DNA of 64,000 nt from Auanema rhodensis. Taxonomy: Eukaryota; Animalia; Nematoda. The translations under genes and the position numbers were made by a program. Positions 23,577 to 35,202 of this stretch are shown here, piece after piece. The notes beneath the pieces were generated by a model. It saw only the letters and a list, made by a program, of their open reading frames with translations, did no database searches and was not told the DNA's origin. Each line of letters starts with the position of its first letter. The stretch's first letter is position 1. Location of the stretch: contig OZ059899.1 of the NCBI GenBank assembly GCA_964057225.1, positions 11,098,001 to 11,162,000 of the forward strand, written 5' to 3'.

Positions 23577-26070
23577 TGTGGCGTTATACCGCAAGTGTAT
23601 AGTATGGTTGGAAGTAAAACACAAAGCGAATATGTAGAAAAAGGTTTATTGATGAATTAACAAGACAAGCACGGAATAGAATCACTGACTGCGAACGTGG
23701 AAAAATGCGTTCCATTATGCTCCTACGTATATTGAACAGACCATTGTAGTCTGCTCAACTACGCGTATAGTATTCCATAAGTGTAGCGGTATGGAAACAG
23801 AGCATAAGGATTACATAAGATAAGGAAATATATAGGTTTATTATACACAATACAATATCATTACAATACAATAACACAAGTATAAAGTAAACTACATTTA
23901 CAAGACAAAGACTAATATATAAGATCAACTAAGTTAGATGCAAACCGTCCATGGGTTTGAAAAGGGGCGAACTCCCGAATAGGGGCATGAGGGTAGGCGG
24001 TGCCATTCCTCATTCCTCTAGTCGGTCTGGCTCTAACCCTGCAGTTACATATATAGAGTCTCCGAATGGAACGTGCCCTTTTTCAAAGATTGTCGCGACC
24101 TCGCGATATTTTAAACAAAAATTTGGGCTTATATGTAACTGAGTTTTAGAGTTCAATTGTTTTAGCTTCACAATAACTATAGTATGATAGAGTTTTAGTT
24201 AGTATACAAACAAAATTACAATAATTTATAAGAAGGGTTCAATATAATATGAAGTGACGATGAATTAGAATATTATTAATTTCATAAATTAATTATCTTA
24301 ATATTCAAGCATTTCCTAATAGAGATTGTAGAATAAGGGGCTAGTAATGAATGGGAATATGTTATTATTTTGACTAATGGTCTCAAGAAGTACTCATTTC
24401 TAAATTGAACCGAGATTATGATTTAATAATGTGTCTCCATATGTCTCCCAGAGTGAATCCTTGATTACTAATGGAGACTACCACTTAAGATGAAATTGTG
24501 GTTGATACGCCTACCAGTGTTTATCTCATCTTATTTGGAGAGGCACATGGAGCTCGGATGGTTGTCAAAATGTCCTCTAGTCCGCATAGGATTACGGTAA
24601 CTTGGAACCATTAGTCATAACATCTCCTCGTTTAGAATTTGCCTTATTTTTCCTTTCTCAATCTCTATTAAATGCTATTTTTATTTTGAATGTTATTTAA
24701 CATTAATTTTTTTTTCTAATTCATCGTTATTTTGTTACAATAATTTAAATAACGTAGCATTATCTTGTTGTTATTCTTCTTCATTCCTCGGAAGCCATAT
24801 TTCGTCTTCATTTTCATCTTCTGGCTCTGTATCTATGCTATCCTTGTTGTTCCTGTTGATCACTTCTATTATTTCGATGTCGCTATCTTCTTCTGCTTGA
24901 CTTTCTCGAAACCTTGCGCGAGTGTTGTAAGAGATGTTTTGTGAAGCAGGAGAGAAGATTTTCAAGTTATCTTTGTGGATATCTTGTAGTTTTCCTGATG
25001 AATTTCTGATTTGAACTTTTGATCCTTCTACGTTGATGACTTCGTATGGTCCATCATAGCTTTTCCGAAGCTTTTGGCCGATTTGGTGTGATTTTATAGT
25101 CGTCATCACCATGTCGCCCGGTTGAATGTCTCTATGGTGTGCTCTTTGCGTTCTATCTTTCTTCTTTTTCGCATTTTCTTGATTTTTAGCTATGCGGTTC
25201 TTTATTATTTCGTCTCTCTTGTCCATATCTGGTCTTCTTTGGAGTAATTCTTCAGAAATTTCTTGAATTTTGGTGATCGTTTCTGGTAATTCAGCGTCCA
25301 TTGACATTCTGCATTCTTTACCAAATAATGCAATGTATGGCGCAATCCCTGTAGTCGCGTGCAGAATATTGTTGATAGCAAAAGTGATTTTTGGTAATAC
25401 AGTATCCCAGTCACTAAGGTCCTCTTTTAAGTAGTGGGTTAATCCTTCTTCGAGGGTTCTGTGAAGTCTTTCCACTTGTCCATTTGAGTTCTTTTGGTGT
25501 GGTAGTGTTGGTTCATGTTTGATTCCAAGTTTAGTACACATTTCTTCGAACTTTTTGGATACAAAGTTCGAACCTCTATCGGTGATCAAGCGATGTGGTG
25601 GTCCAAAAATGTAAACGAAATGTCTTAGAAATCGGTCAATTGTGATTTCCGTTGTTATTTGTGGTACAGCAATTGTTGTTGACCATTTTGTAAATGCGTC
25701 TTGCATGGTAATGACGTAGGTACAGTTTCTTTTTGAAGGGGGAAATGGTCCCATTACGTCCATGTGGACTCGTTCAAATGGCTTGCTTGGTATCTCAAAA
25801 TGACCTATTGGTTGTACCGTCATGGAATGTGGATCTTTTTTTCTTTGAGCACATTTAATGCAGTTCTTGATGAATTTAGTAATGTCGTTCTGCATATTTG
25901 TCCAATAGAATCTTCTTAGAATTGCTTCTTTTGTTTTAATAATTCCTTGATGTGCTGCAATTGTAGGATCCTCATGAAAAACTTTGATTATTTCCCCTAA
26001 AGGTACTGTTATTTCTCTGTCTATTATTGCTCATTTCTTGATTTTGTGATGCTAGTTCTTGATTTTGTGA
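23577..26070 (-). mobile_element. Left half of LTR A (23577-23707) plus truncated family B copy (3' LTR 23708-24073 and integrase)
   Basis: Matches the sequence 5020 bp downstream; broken at ~26052-26070. Confidence 0.88.
24771..25895 (-). CDS. Gypsy-type integrase (duplicated copy, family B)
   Basis: Identical protein to 29791-30915. Confidence 0.85.
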   Translation of the reverse strand: MQNDITKFIKNCIKCAQRKKDPHSMTVQPIGHFEIPSKPFERVHMDVMGPFPPSKRNCTYVITMQDAFTKWSTTIAVPQITTEITIDRFLRHFVYIFGPPHRLITDRGSNFVSKKFEEMCTKLGIKHEPTLPHQKNSNGQVERLHRTLEEGLTHYLKEDLSDWDTVLPKITFAINNILHATTGIAPYIALFGKECRMSMDAELPETITKIQEISEELLQRRPDMDKRDEIIKNRIAKNQENAKKKKDRTQRAHHRDIQPGDMVMTTIKSHQIGQKLRKSYDGPYEVINVEGSKVQIRNSSGKLQDIHKDNLKIFSPASQNISYNTRARFRESQAEEDSDIEIIEVINRNNKDSIDTEPEDENEDEIWLPRNEEE

Positions 26071-26375
26071 TATAGGAAACGTGAATGAATGCAGATATTC
26101 TCAATTCCGATTCATTAACTAGATCGTGGTCAGCATTTTACAACATTGATAAAATAGAAACTGAGAAAAAAACATCAACAAATGACACTATTAACTTGGT
26201 TTTTTTAACACCTTTTTTTATTTCTTTTTTCACTATGAGAGAACTTATATTTATTGCTTTTTCAAAATTTTCCATTTTCAACATTATACATCTTGACTAT
26301 CACACATTGAGAACAAAGTTGGCAATGTTGGTTGTCACGTCATATTTCATGAAAAACAGAAATTTAAAAAATATT

Positions 26376-26449
26376 TGCCGCCAGCAGGGGTCGAACCTGC
26401 GACCTTGGGCTTATTAGACCCACGCTCTAACCGACTGAGCTATGGCGGC
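26376..26449 (-). tRNA. tRNA-Ile(AAT)
   Basis: Consensus copy. Confidence 0.93.
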
Positions 26450-26519
26450 TACGAAAGTACGAAATAACAAAGCGCTGATTATAGGAAACGTGAATGAATG
26501 CAGATATTCTCAATTCCGA

Positions 26520-26847
26520 TGTGGCGTTATACCGCAAGTGTATAGTATGGTTGGAAGTAAAACACAAAGCGAATATGTAGAAAAAGGTTTATTGATGAAT
26601 TAACAAGACAAGCACGGAATAGAATCACTGACTGCGAACGTGGAAAAATGTAAGACTGTCCTCCGTTGTTGGGCGGTCTTCTGAAATAAACTGTTACTTA
26701 TGCCACATGTTAACACATATGTTATGCATATGTGTTTTGATCTAGTTACAAAGGAAGGAGATAAAGAGAGAGAGAGAGAGAGAGAGGTATATATATATAG
26801 AGAGAGATAGAGATAACAAAAACAAAACCTACTCGCTTATCGCGACA
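26520..26847 (-). mobile_element. Solo LTR, family A
   Basis: Duplicate of 21500-21827. Confidence 0.85.
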
Positions 26848-27375
26848 TCCGATTCATTAACTAGATCGTGGTCAGCATTTTACAACATTGATAAAATAGA
26901 AACTGAGAAAAAAACATCAACAAATGACACTATTAACTTGGTTTTTTGAACAGCTTTTTTATATTTCTTTTTTCACTATGAGAGAACTTATATTAATTGC
27001 TTTTTCAAAATTTTCCATTTTTAACATTATACATCTTGACTATCACACATTGAGAACAACAGTTGGCAATGTTGGTTGTCACGTCATATTTCATGCAGTT
27101 AGATTTTCAGACACATTAATACCTTTGACCATTCTTCTTATGAGTTTTGTAACGATAGATCGTAATAGGAAATGAATTGCTATAATATGAAAAAATACAA
27201 GACATAGTCAACATTGATTTCCGAAAATAGTATCATGTTTGCTTGTTATTCAATTAGAACATTTATTTTTTGATTGTTTTCTTGAAATATTCTTTTTTTT
27301 TCTTTAACAAAGTTATGACTGAGATCAAAATTTGAACTTACTTTTGAACAATTAAACAGAAAATTAAAAAATATT

Positions 27376-27449
27376 TGCCGCCAGCAGGGGTCGAACCTGC
27401 GACCTTGGGCTTATTAGACCCACGCTCTAACCGACTGAGCTATGGCGGC
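27376..27449 (-). tRNA. tRNA-Ile(AAT)
   Basis: Consensus copy. Confidence 0.93.
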
Positions 27450-28042
27450 TACGAAAGTACGAAATAACAAAGCGCTGATTATAGGAAACGTGAATGAATG
27501 CAGATATTCTCAATTCCGATTCATTAACTAGATCGTGGTCAGCATTTTACAACATTGATAAAATAGAAACTGAGAAAAAAACATCAACAAATGACACTAT
27601 TAACTTGGTTTTTTGAACAGCTTTTTTATATTTCTTTTTTCACTATGAGAGAACTTATATTTATTGCTTTTTCAAAATTTTCCATTTTTAACATTATACA
27701 TCTTGACTATCACACATTGAGAACAACAGTTGGCAATGTTGGTTGTCACGTCATATTTCATGCAGTTAGATTTTCAGACACATTAATACCTTTGACCATT
27801 CTTCTTATGAGTTTTGTAACGATAGATCGTAATAGGAAATGAATTGCTATAATATGAAAAAATACAAGACATAGTCAACATTGATTTCCCCAAATAGTAT
27901 CATGTTTGCTTGTTATTCAATTAGAACACTTATTTTTTGATTGTTTTCTTGAAATATTCTTTTTTTTTCTTTAACAAAGTTATGACTGAGATCAAAATTT
28001 GAACTTACTTTTGAACAATTAAACAGAAATTTAAAAAATATT

Positions 28043-28116
28043 TGCCGCCAGCAGGGGTCGAACCTGCGACCTTGGGCTTATTAGACCCACGCTCTAACCG
28101 ACTGAGCTATGGCGGC
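28043..28116 (-). tRNA. tRNA-Ile(AAT)
   Basis: Consensus copy. Confidence 0.93.
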
Positions 28117-28452
28117 TACGAAAGTACGAAATAACAAAGCGCTGATTATAGGAAACGTGAATGAATGCAGATATTCTCAATTCCGATTCATTAACTAGAT
28201 CGTGGTCAGCATTTTACAACATTGATAAAATAGAAACTGAGAAAAAAACATCAACAAATGACACTATTAACTTGGTTTTTTTAACAGCTTTTTTATATTT
28301 CTTTTTTCACTATGAGAGAACTTATATTTATTGCTTTTTCAAAATTTTCCATTTTCAACATTATACATCTTGACTATCACACATTGAGAACAAAGTTGGC
28401 AATGTTGGTTGTCACGTCATATTTCATGAAAAACAGAAATTTAAAAAATATT

Positions 28453-28526
28453 TGCCGCCAGCAGGGGTCGAACCTGCGACCTTGGGCTTATTAGACCCAC
28501 GCTCTAACCGACTGAGCTATGGCGGC
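28453..28526 (-). tRNA. tRNA-Ile(AAT)
   Basis: Consensus copy. Confidence 0.93.
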
Positions 28527-29790
28527 TACGAAAGTACGAAATAACAAAGCGCTGATTATAGGAAACGTGAATGAATGCAGATATTCTCAATTCCGATGTG
28601 GCGTTATACCGCAAGTGTATAGTATGGTTGGAAGTAAAACACAAAGCGAATATGTAGAAAAAGGTTTATTGATGAATTAACAAGACAAGCACGGAATAGA
28701 ATCACTGACTGCGAACGTGGAAAAATGCGTTCCATTATGCTCCTACGTATATTGAACAGACCATTGTAGTCTGCTCAACTACGCGTATAGTATTCCATAA
28801 GTGTAGCGGTATGGAAACAGAGCATAAGGATTACATAAGATAAGGAAATATATAGGTTTATTATACACAATACAATATCATTACAATACAATAACACAAG
28901 TATAAAGTAAACTACATTTACAAGACAAAGACTAATATATAAGATCAACTAAGTTAGATGCAAACCGTCCATGGGTTTGAAAAGGGGCGAACTCCCGAAT
29001 AGGGGCATGAGGGTAGGCGGTGCCATTCCTCATTCCTCTAGTCGGTCTGGCTCTAACCCTGCAGTTACATATATAGAGTCTCCGAATGGAACGTGCCCTT
29101 TTTCAAAGATTGTCGCGACCTCGCGATATTTTAAACAAAAATTTGGGCTTATATGTAACTGAGTTTTAGAGTTCAATTGTTTTAGCTTCACAATAACTAT
29201 AGTATGATAGAGTTTTAGTTAGTATACAAACAAAATTACAATAATTTATAAGAAGGGTTCAATATAATATGAAGTGACGATGAATTAGAATATTATTAAT
29301 TTCATAAATTAATTATCTTAATATTCAAGCATTTCCTAATAGAGATTGTAGAATAAGGGGCTAGTAATGAATGGGAATATGTTATTATTTTGACTAATGG
29401 TCTCAAGAAGTACTCATTTCTAAATTGAACCGAGATTATGATTTAATAATGTGTCTCCATATGTCTCCCAGAGTGAATCCTTGATTACTAATGGAGACTA
29501 CCACTTAAGATGAAATTGTGGTTGATACGCCTACCAGTGTTTATCTCATCTTATTTGGAGAGGCACATGGAGCTCGGATGGTTGTCAAAATGTCCTCTAG
29601 TCCGCATAGGATTACGGTAACTTGGAACCATTAGTCATAACATCTCCTCGTTTAGAATTTGCCTTATTTTTCCTTTCTCAATCTCTATTAAATGCTATTT
29701 TTATTTTGAATGTTATTTAACATTAATTTTTTTTTCTAATTCATCGTTATTTTGTTACAATAATTTAAATAACGTAGCATTATCTTGTTG

Positions 29791-31050
29791 TTATTCTTCT
29801 TCATTCCTCGGAAGCCATATTTCGTCTTCATTTTCATCTTCTGGCTCTGTATCTATGCTATCCTTGTTGTTCCTGTTGATCACTTCTATTATTTCGATGT
29901 CGCTATCTTCTTCTGCTTGACTTTCTCGAAACCTTGCGCGAGTGTTGTAAGAGATGTTTTGTGAAGCAGGAGAGAAGATTTTCAAGTTATCTTTGTGGAT
30001 ATCTTGTAGTTTTCCTGATGAATTTCTGATTTGAACTTTTGATCCTTCTACGTTGATGACTTCGTATGGTCCATCATAGCTTTTCCGAAGCTTTTGGCCG
30101 ATTTGGTGTGATTTTATAGTCGTCATCACCATGTCGCCCGGTTGAATGTCTCTATGGTGTGCTCTTTGCGTTCTATCTTTCTTCTTTTTCGCATTTTCTT
30201 GATTTTTAGCTATGCGGTTCTTTATTATTTCGTCTCTCTTGTCCATATCTGGTCTTCTTTGGAGTAATTCTTCAGAAATTTCTTGAATTTTGGTGATCGT
30301 TTCTGGTAATTCAGCGTCCATTGACATTCTGCATTCTTTACCAAATAATGCAATGTATGGCGCAATCCCTGTAGTCGCGTGCAGAATATTGTTGATAGCA
30401 AAAGTGATTTTTGGTAATACAGTATCCCAGTCACTAAGGTCCTCTTTTAAGTAGTGGGTTAATCCTTCTTCGAGGGTTCTGTGAAGTCTTTCCACTTGTC
30501 CATTTGAGTTCTTTTGGTGTGGTAGTGTTGGTTCATGTTTGATTCCAAGTTTAGTACACATTTCTTCGAACTTTTTGGATACAAAGTTCGAACCTCTATC
30601 GGTGATCAAGCGATGTGGTGGTCCAAAAATGTAAACGAAATGTCTTAGAAATCGGTCAATTGTGATTTCCGTTGTTATTTGTGGTACAGCAATTGTTGTT
30701 GACCATTTTGTAAATGCGTCTTGCATGGTAATGACGTAGGTACAGTTTCTTTTTGAAGGGGGAAATGGTCCCATTACGTCCATGTGGACTCGTTCAAATG
30801 GCTTGCTTGGTATCTCAAAATGACCTATTGGTTGTACCGTCATGGAATGTGGATCTTTTTTTCTTTGAGCACATTTAATGCAGTTCTTGATGAATTTAGT
30901 AATGTCGTTCTGCATATTTGTCCAATAGAATCTTCTTAGAATTGCTTCTTTTGTTTTAATAATTCCTTGATGTGCTGCAATTGTAGGATCCTCATGAAAA
31001 ACTTTGATTATTTCCCCTAAAGGTACTGTTATTTCTCTGTCTATTATTGC
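29791..31050 (-). CDS. Gypsy-type integrase, family B (frame open upstream of the ATG at 30915 through the HHCC domain)
   Basis: FHED..AHQG..CIKC, HMD / ITDRG / QVERL triad, GPY motif, acidic tail. Confidence 0.9.
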   Translation of the reverse strand, partial: AIIDREITVPLGEIIKVFHEDPTIAAHQGIIKTKEAILRRFYWTNMQNDITKFIKNCIKCAQRKKDPHSMTVQPIGHFEIPSKPFERVHMDVMGPFPPSKRNCTYVITMQDAFTKWSTTIAVPQITTEITIDRFLRHFVYIFGPPHRLITDRGSNFVSKKFEEMCTKLGIKHEPTLPHQKNSNGQVERLHRTLEEGLTHYLKEDLSDWDTVLPKITFAINNILHATTGIAPYIALFGKECRMSMDAELPETITKIQEISEELLQRRPDMDKRDEIIKNRIAKNQENAKKKKDRTQRAHHRDIQPGDMVMTTIKSHQIGQKLRKSYDGPYEVINVEGSKVQIRNSSGKLQDIHKDNLKIFSPASQNISYNTRARFRESQAEEDSDIEIIEVINRNNKDSIDTEPEDENEDEIWLPRNEEE

Positions 31051-32924
31051 TCATTTCTTGATTTTGTGATGCATTGTGGCTTCTTTGATACCCATTTTGA
31101 TTTTGATTCTGATAATTTCGACCGCGGTCACCAAAATTGCGGTTCCTAGCAAATGGGTTTTGGAAATTCCAGCCTTTTTGATTTTTTGAAAATTTATGAT
31201 AATTTTGATTGTTTTGAAAGTTTGGATGATAATTGTTATAATTATTATAATTTTGATACTTTTTATTATTAAAAGATTGATAACCTCTTACCATACCTCT
31301 CCCACCATTGTTTCTGCGCGGGGGGGAAAGTTCTTTCAATTGCGTTAACCAATAGCGCCTGAGGGTCTGCTACTTGGTTTGCAATTGATTCCTCCCAGCG
31401 AGCACTATCAACAGCCTCAGCAAAAGTTTTGGGTTTTGCTCGAATTACCCCTGGGCGTATCGTATTTTTCAAGCCTCTCAAAAATGTGGACCTCAGAATG
31501 TGATCTTTATGAGTATCACTATTAGAGAAAGCATTTAAGCTGAGGTTTCTTAACGTTTGTGCAAAACCATCAATTGATAAATCGCCTTGAGTGCTGTTTT
31601 GAAGTGTGATAAGGGCAGGGTCTTGATTGTATTCGGGACACAGCTTGGATGTTAACTCTTCTATTAGGGTAACCCAAGGTCCAGCTGTTCTGACCTTGTC
31701 AGGTAGCTCTAAATAAGCTTCCTCTGCTCTATCATTTTTCAATAGTAATGGTAAAATAGTTAGTCTTTCGGGCATCACTAAGCCTAAGGCGTTAGAAAAG
31801 GTATTAAACTTTGCCACGAAATCTCTAAAGTTACGACTTCCGTCGTATATGGGGCAATAAGGTGAGCTTAATGCGTGCGCAATGGTAGATTTACCAGCTC
31901 CCGGAAGACGTGGTGTCTCCGTCATGGTTGGTATATCCTCAGGGTATGTGCGAGATGACGTAATCCCTTTACTGCCTGAGCTTCTCGCCGTTAAGTTCTT
32001 ACCTCCCTTTTTCGAGTTACCAGATGTTGGATAACTAATGGTAGGGGCGGCTGATGAGAACCGCTTCCCTGGGAGTTTGATAACTCGACTCGTTGCCTGA
32101 GGCGTCGAATGTATTGAAACGCTTGAGCTGGGTATAGCGCTATCTGACTTATTAAGGGTTGGGTTGGAGGATACGTGAAGAGAGTTATCAACTTGTTCTG
32201 TTGTTACCTCCCCTGGAGACAAATTCAAAACTTTTATTAAGCGAGCTGTTAAAGATTTCTTACTTTTGAACTTATCAGTAGTTAGTGATAAGGGCAAAAC
32301 TTCGGTAATTTCCTGATTTGGTTCTACGGGATTATTAGAGGTTGAGCGCCTACGCGGTGTATTAGTTTTTCTTTTATTAATCTTTTTAGAATCAAGCTTT
32401 TTCGAATCAAGCTTATCAGTGATAACTGATAAGGGTGATTTGCGAATAGTGAGAGATGAGGTTTTATTAAGTTGTGAGTTTTCTATCGGAGTGGAAAATG
32501 CCTGCGGTGTTAGAGTTAGTTCAAAAGAAGATGCAAGATCGTTATCAGTATTAACTGATAAAGTTGATAAGTTTAGGTGGGGGGTGGCTGGTGAAGTATT
32601 AGAGGTTATTTGTTTTAGTTTTTGAATTTTTTGAATCTTTTTATTACTTTTAAAAGAGTGTACCTTTGGAGTTGAAGCTGAAGTTTGAATATTGTAGTCC
32701 TGAATATAGAAATCAGGGTCCTCCTCGGTGTCGTCCGGAGGTGAATACGTGCCTTCTCGAGGAATGAAGGTTTTCTCGACTTTGGGTTTTACCTCTTGTT
32801 CAGGCTCTTCAATCTGAACACTGAGGAGTCGAGTGCGGCTTCTGGTTCGACTGGCGACTGCGATGTCGTCACTGGACTCAGAAGGGTATAGAGCAGGGAC
32901 GGCCGAAGAGTATCTTCGTGCCAC
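30992..32924 (-). CDS. Gag-like protein, family B (frameshift in a C7 run at ~31320 separates the capsid part from the N/Q/R-rich tail)
   Basis: Capsid-like YDGS..F..F, QGDLSIDGF, FLRGL, PKTFAEAV; long S/T/K-rich N-terminal extension. Confidence 0.78.
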
Positions 32925-33339
32925 TTTGGAATCACTCTTGGTTTGGAAAAACCGCGAGTGTTTCGTTATATGGGGGATGTTGACGTTGAATGAGTGACAA
33001 GAAATTCAGGTCGGTTATAGGGAAAAGTAAGAAAAGTTTGAAGATTGAGACGTGGCGTCTTTCGCCGAGAATCGTTATTAGATGAGAAAGAGTTTTAAAA
33101 TCTTGGCCTGAGATCTGGCTCCGCCTATCTACCGTATTCTCTTTTCTTTATTCTTTTTCACAGATGTTCATCAATTATAAATTTTGTTGGTCTTCGCTCT
33201 TTCCAGCCTCAATCTTAATACTTTACTCTAATTGAATTCTTGAAAGTATGAGAGAGATTTTCAGTCGTTTTATGTCCCCTTTTTATGCATAAGATTCTTT
33301 ATATTTGTAGAGCTGAAGAAGGAAAAAAAAAATCAAAGA

Positions 33340-33882
33340 ATGGCTTATGAAGGTCTATCGGGAATGACTTTTGTCTTGAGAAAGCTGTACGCTGACCTCG
33401 TCTTGTATGATCAAGACGAAGTGTTAGCTTATAGGCCTCACCCAGACATGATTAAGATGGTTGGTTAAAACAAAGAAACATGTTATATTAATAATAATAA
33501 AAAAAAAATTTAGTTTATCGAGGATTTAAAAATGCATTATCTGGGGAGGGGATTAGTGAATTTCTCCCTAATGCAAGAAATAGCGGATGAGGTTGCAGCT
33601 ATTGGGCGATGGTGCCTCACCGATTTGTGTGCGCATTGGTATGAAAACCCCAATTTAATCGCATCCCCTTGGAATTGGTATGAGCATAAGCCTCATGATT
33701 TTTATGATTATATGTCTAAAATTTTGTTTAAAATTTATTTGTTTTATGAACAGTCTCCTATGGGCTTATTGCTAAGGACCTCTGCGGATTCAGTGTATTC
33801 GCAGTATTTAGAGCCTAGCAATGAGCCCATCTCACAGCCTATAGAATTTGTGAGACAGTTGCATTTTAAATGGGGCTTTTAA
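33340..33882 (+). CDS. Antisense spliced accessory gene inside family B (exons 33340-33459, 33514-33882; 162 aa)
   Basis: Phase-0 54-nt GT..TTTAG intron joins a 40-codon exon in frame to the 33532 ORF; AATAAA follows the stop (~33899). Confidence 0.65.
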
Positions 33883-35150
33883 CAATTGTTTTATATATAA
33901 TAAATACTTAATTTCACTCATTTGTTCTCTCTCTCTTTTTTTTTTCATAACACAAACTTTGGTCGAGCTTATTAATAAAGAAGGAGTGCGTGCGCCTTGG
34001 GAAAATGGCTCATGTGCACGTTGATTATTAAAAGCCGTGGGCGATTCTTTTCCGGAATGATTTTGGCATGCTAATGAGATTCCAAGAATATTTAAAAAAG
34101 ATTGCTCATTTTACTAATGGACTGAGACCAAAGCTCGTTTATAAAACGCAATTTTTTTTCCTTTAAATCATTTTACTAATTTATAGAATATTACAATATG
34201 AAGACTACGGTAGGTGTGTGGGAATATCTTATGATGTTAGCAACAAAAATGAGCTGAGGAAGGTGACACATTCTACGGAGAAGAAAACATCCGTAGCCCA
34301 TGTGCTTTCGCCAAAATGACCTGACAGGCAATAAAATTTGTGCCAGGATTTTTCGGACTAGTGTGGTCTATTCCTACAATCAAAAAAAAATAAAAACCGA
34401 ATAACGGCTCCCGCAAAAATATTTAGTTAGCATGCTGTTTTACGCCTGAATTTAACTTTCAAATCTCTAGTCCTGACCACAATAAAATATTAAACTTTGT
34501 GCGCTTTCAAAATTTCATTCTAACTTCTCAATTCCGATGTGGCGTTATACCGCAAGTGTATAGTATGGTTGGAAGTAAAACACAAAGCGAATATGTAGAA
34601 AAAGGTTTATTGATGAATTAACAAGACAAGCACGGAATAGAATCACTGACTGCGAACGTGGAAAAATGCGTTCCATTATGCTCCTACGTATATTGAACAG
34701 ACCATTGTAGTCTGCTCAACTACGCGTATAGTATTCCATAAGTGTAGCGGTATGGAAACAGAGCATAAGGATTACATAAGATAAGGAAATATATAGGTTT
34801 ATTATACACAATACAATATCATTACAATACAATAACACAAGTATAAAGTAAACTACATTTACAAGACAAAGACTAATATATAAGATTAACTAAGTTAGAT
34901 GCAAACCGTCCATGGGCTTGAAAAGGGGCGAACTCCCGAATAGGGGCATGAGGGTAGGCGGTGCCATTCCTCATTCCTCTAGTCGGTCTGGCTCTAACCC
35001 TGCAGTTACATATATAGAGTCTCCGAATGGAACGAATGTAAGACTGTCCTCCGTTGTTGGGCGGTCTTCTGAAATAAACTGTTACTTATGCCACATGTTA
35101 ACACATATGTTATGCATATGTGTTTTGATCTAGTTACAAAGGAAGGATAT

Positions 35151-35202
<52 letters not shown>

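Larger units (their letters stand above)
28728..35034 (-). mobile_element. Family B Gypsy-like LTR element lacking PR/RT/RNase H; 366-bp LTRs 28728-29093 and 34669-35034; TSD AATG
   Basis: LTRs differ at 2 visible positions; termini CGTTCCATT..AATGGAACG; PPT GAAAAAGGG(CA) at 29094-29104; gag and IN ORFs. Confidence 0.88.

Noticed and set aside
29110-29130. TGTCGCGA / TCGCGATA resembling the LTR A terminus
   Set aside because: Only an 8-bp palindromic match with no TSD or further homology.
31315-31332. Programmed frameshift in the gag C7 run
   Set aside because: A one-base homopolymer indel (mutation or sequencing error) explains it more simply; cannot be resolved without reads.
34458-34480. 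TGGTCAGGACTAGAGATTTGAA (minus strand) as a displaced PBS
   Set aside because: It resembles a tRNA 3' complement, but the spacing is one base short, I cannot match it to a tRNA, and it is ~190 bp from the LTR.
23951-35133. Short ORFs MGLKRGELP... and the (ER)n ORF at 51601
   Set aside because: They lie within LTRs or GA microsatellites and their ends differ between copies.
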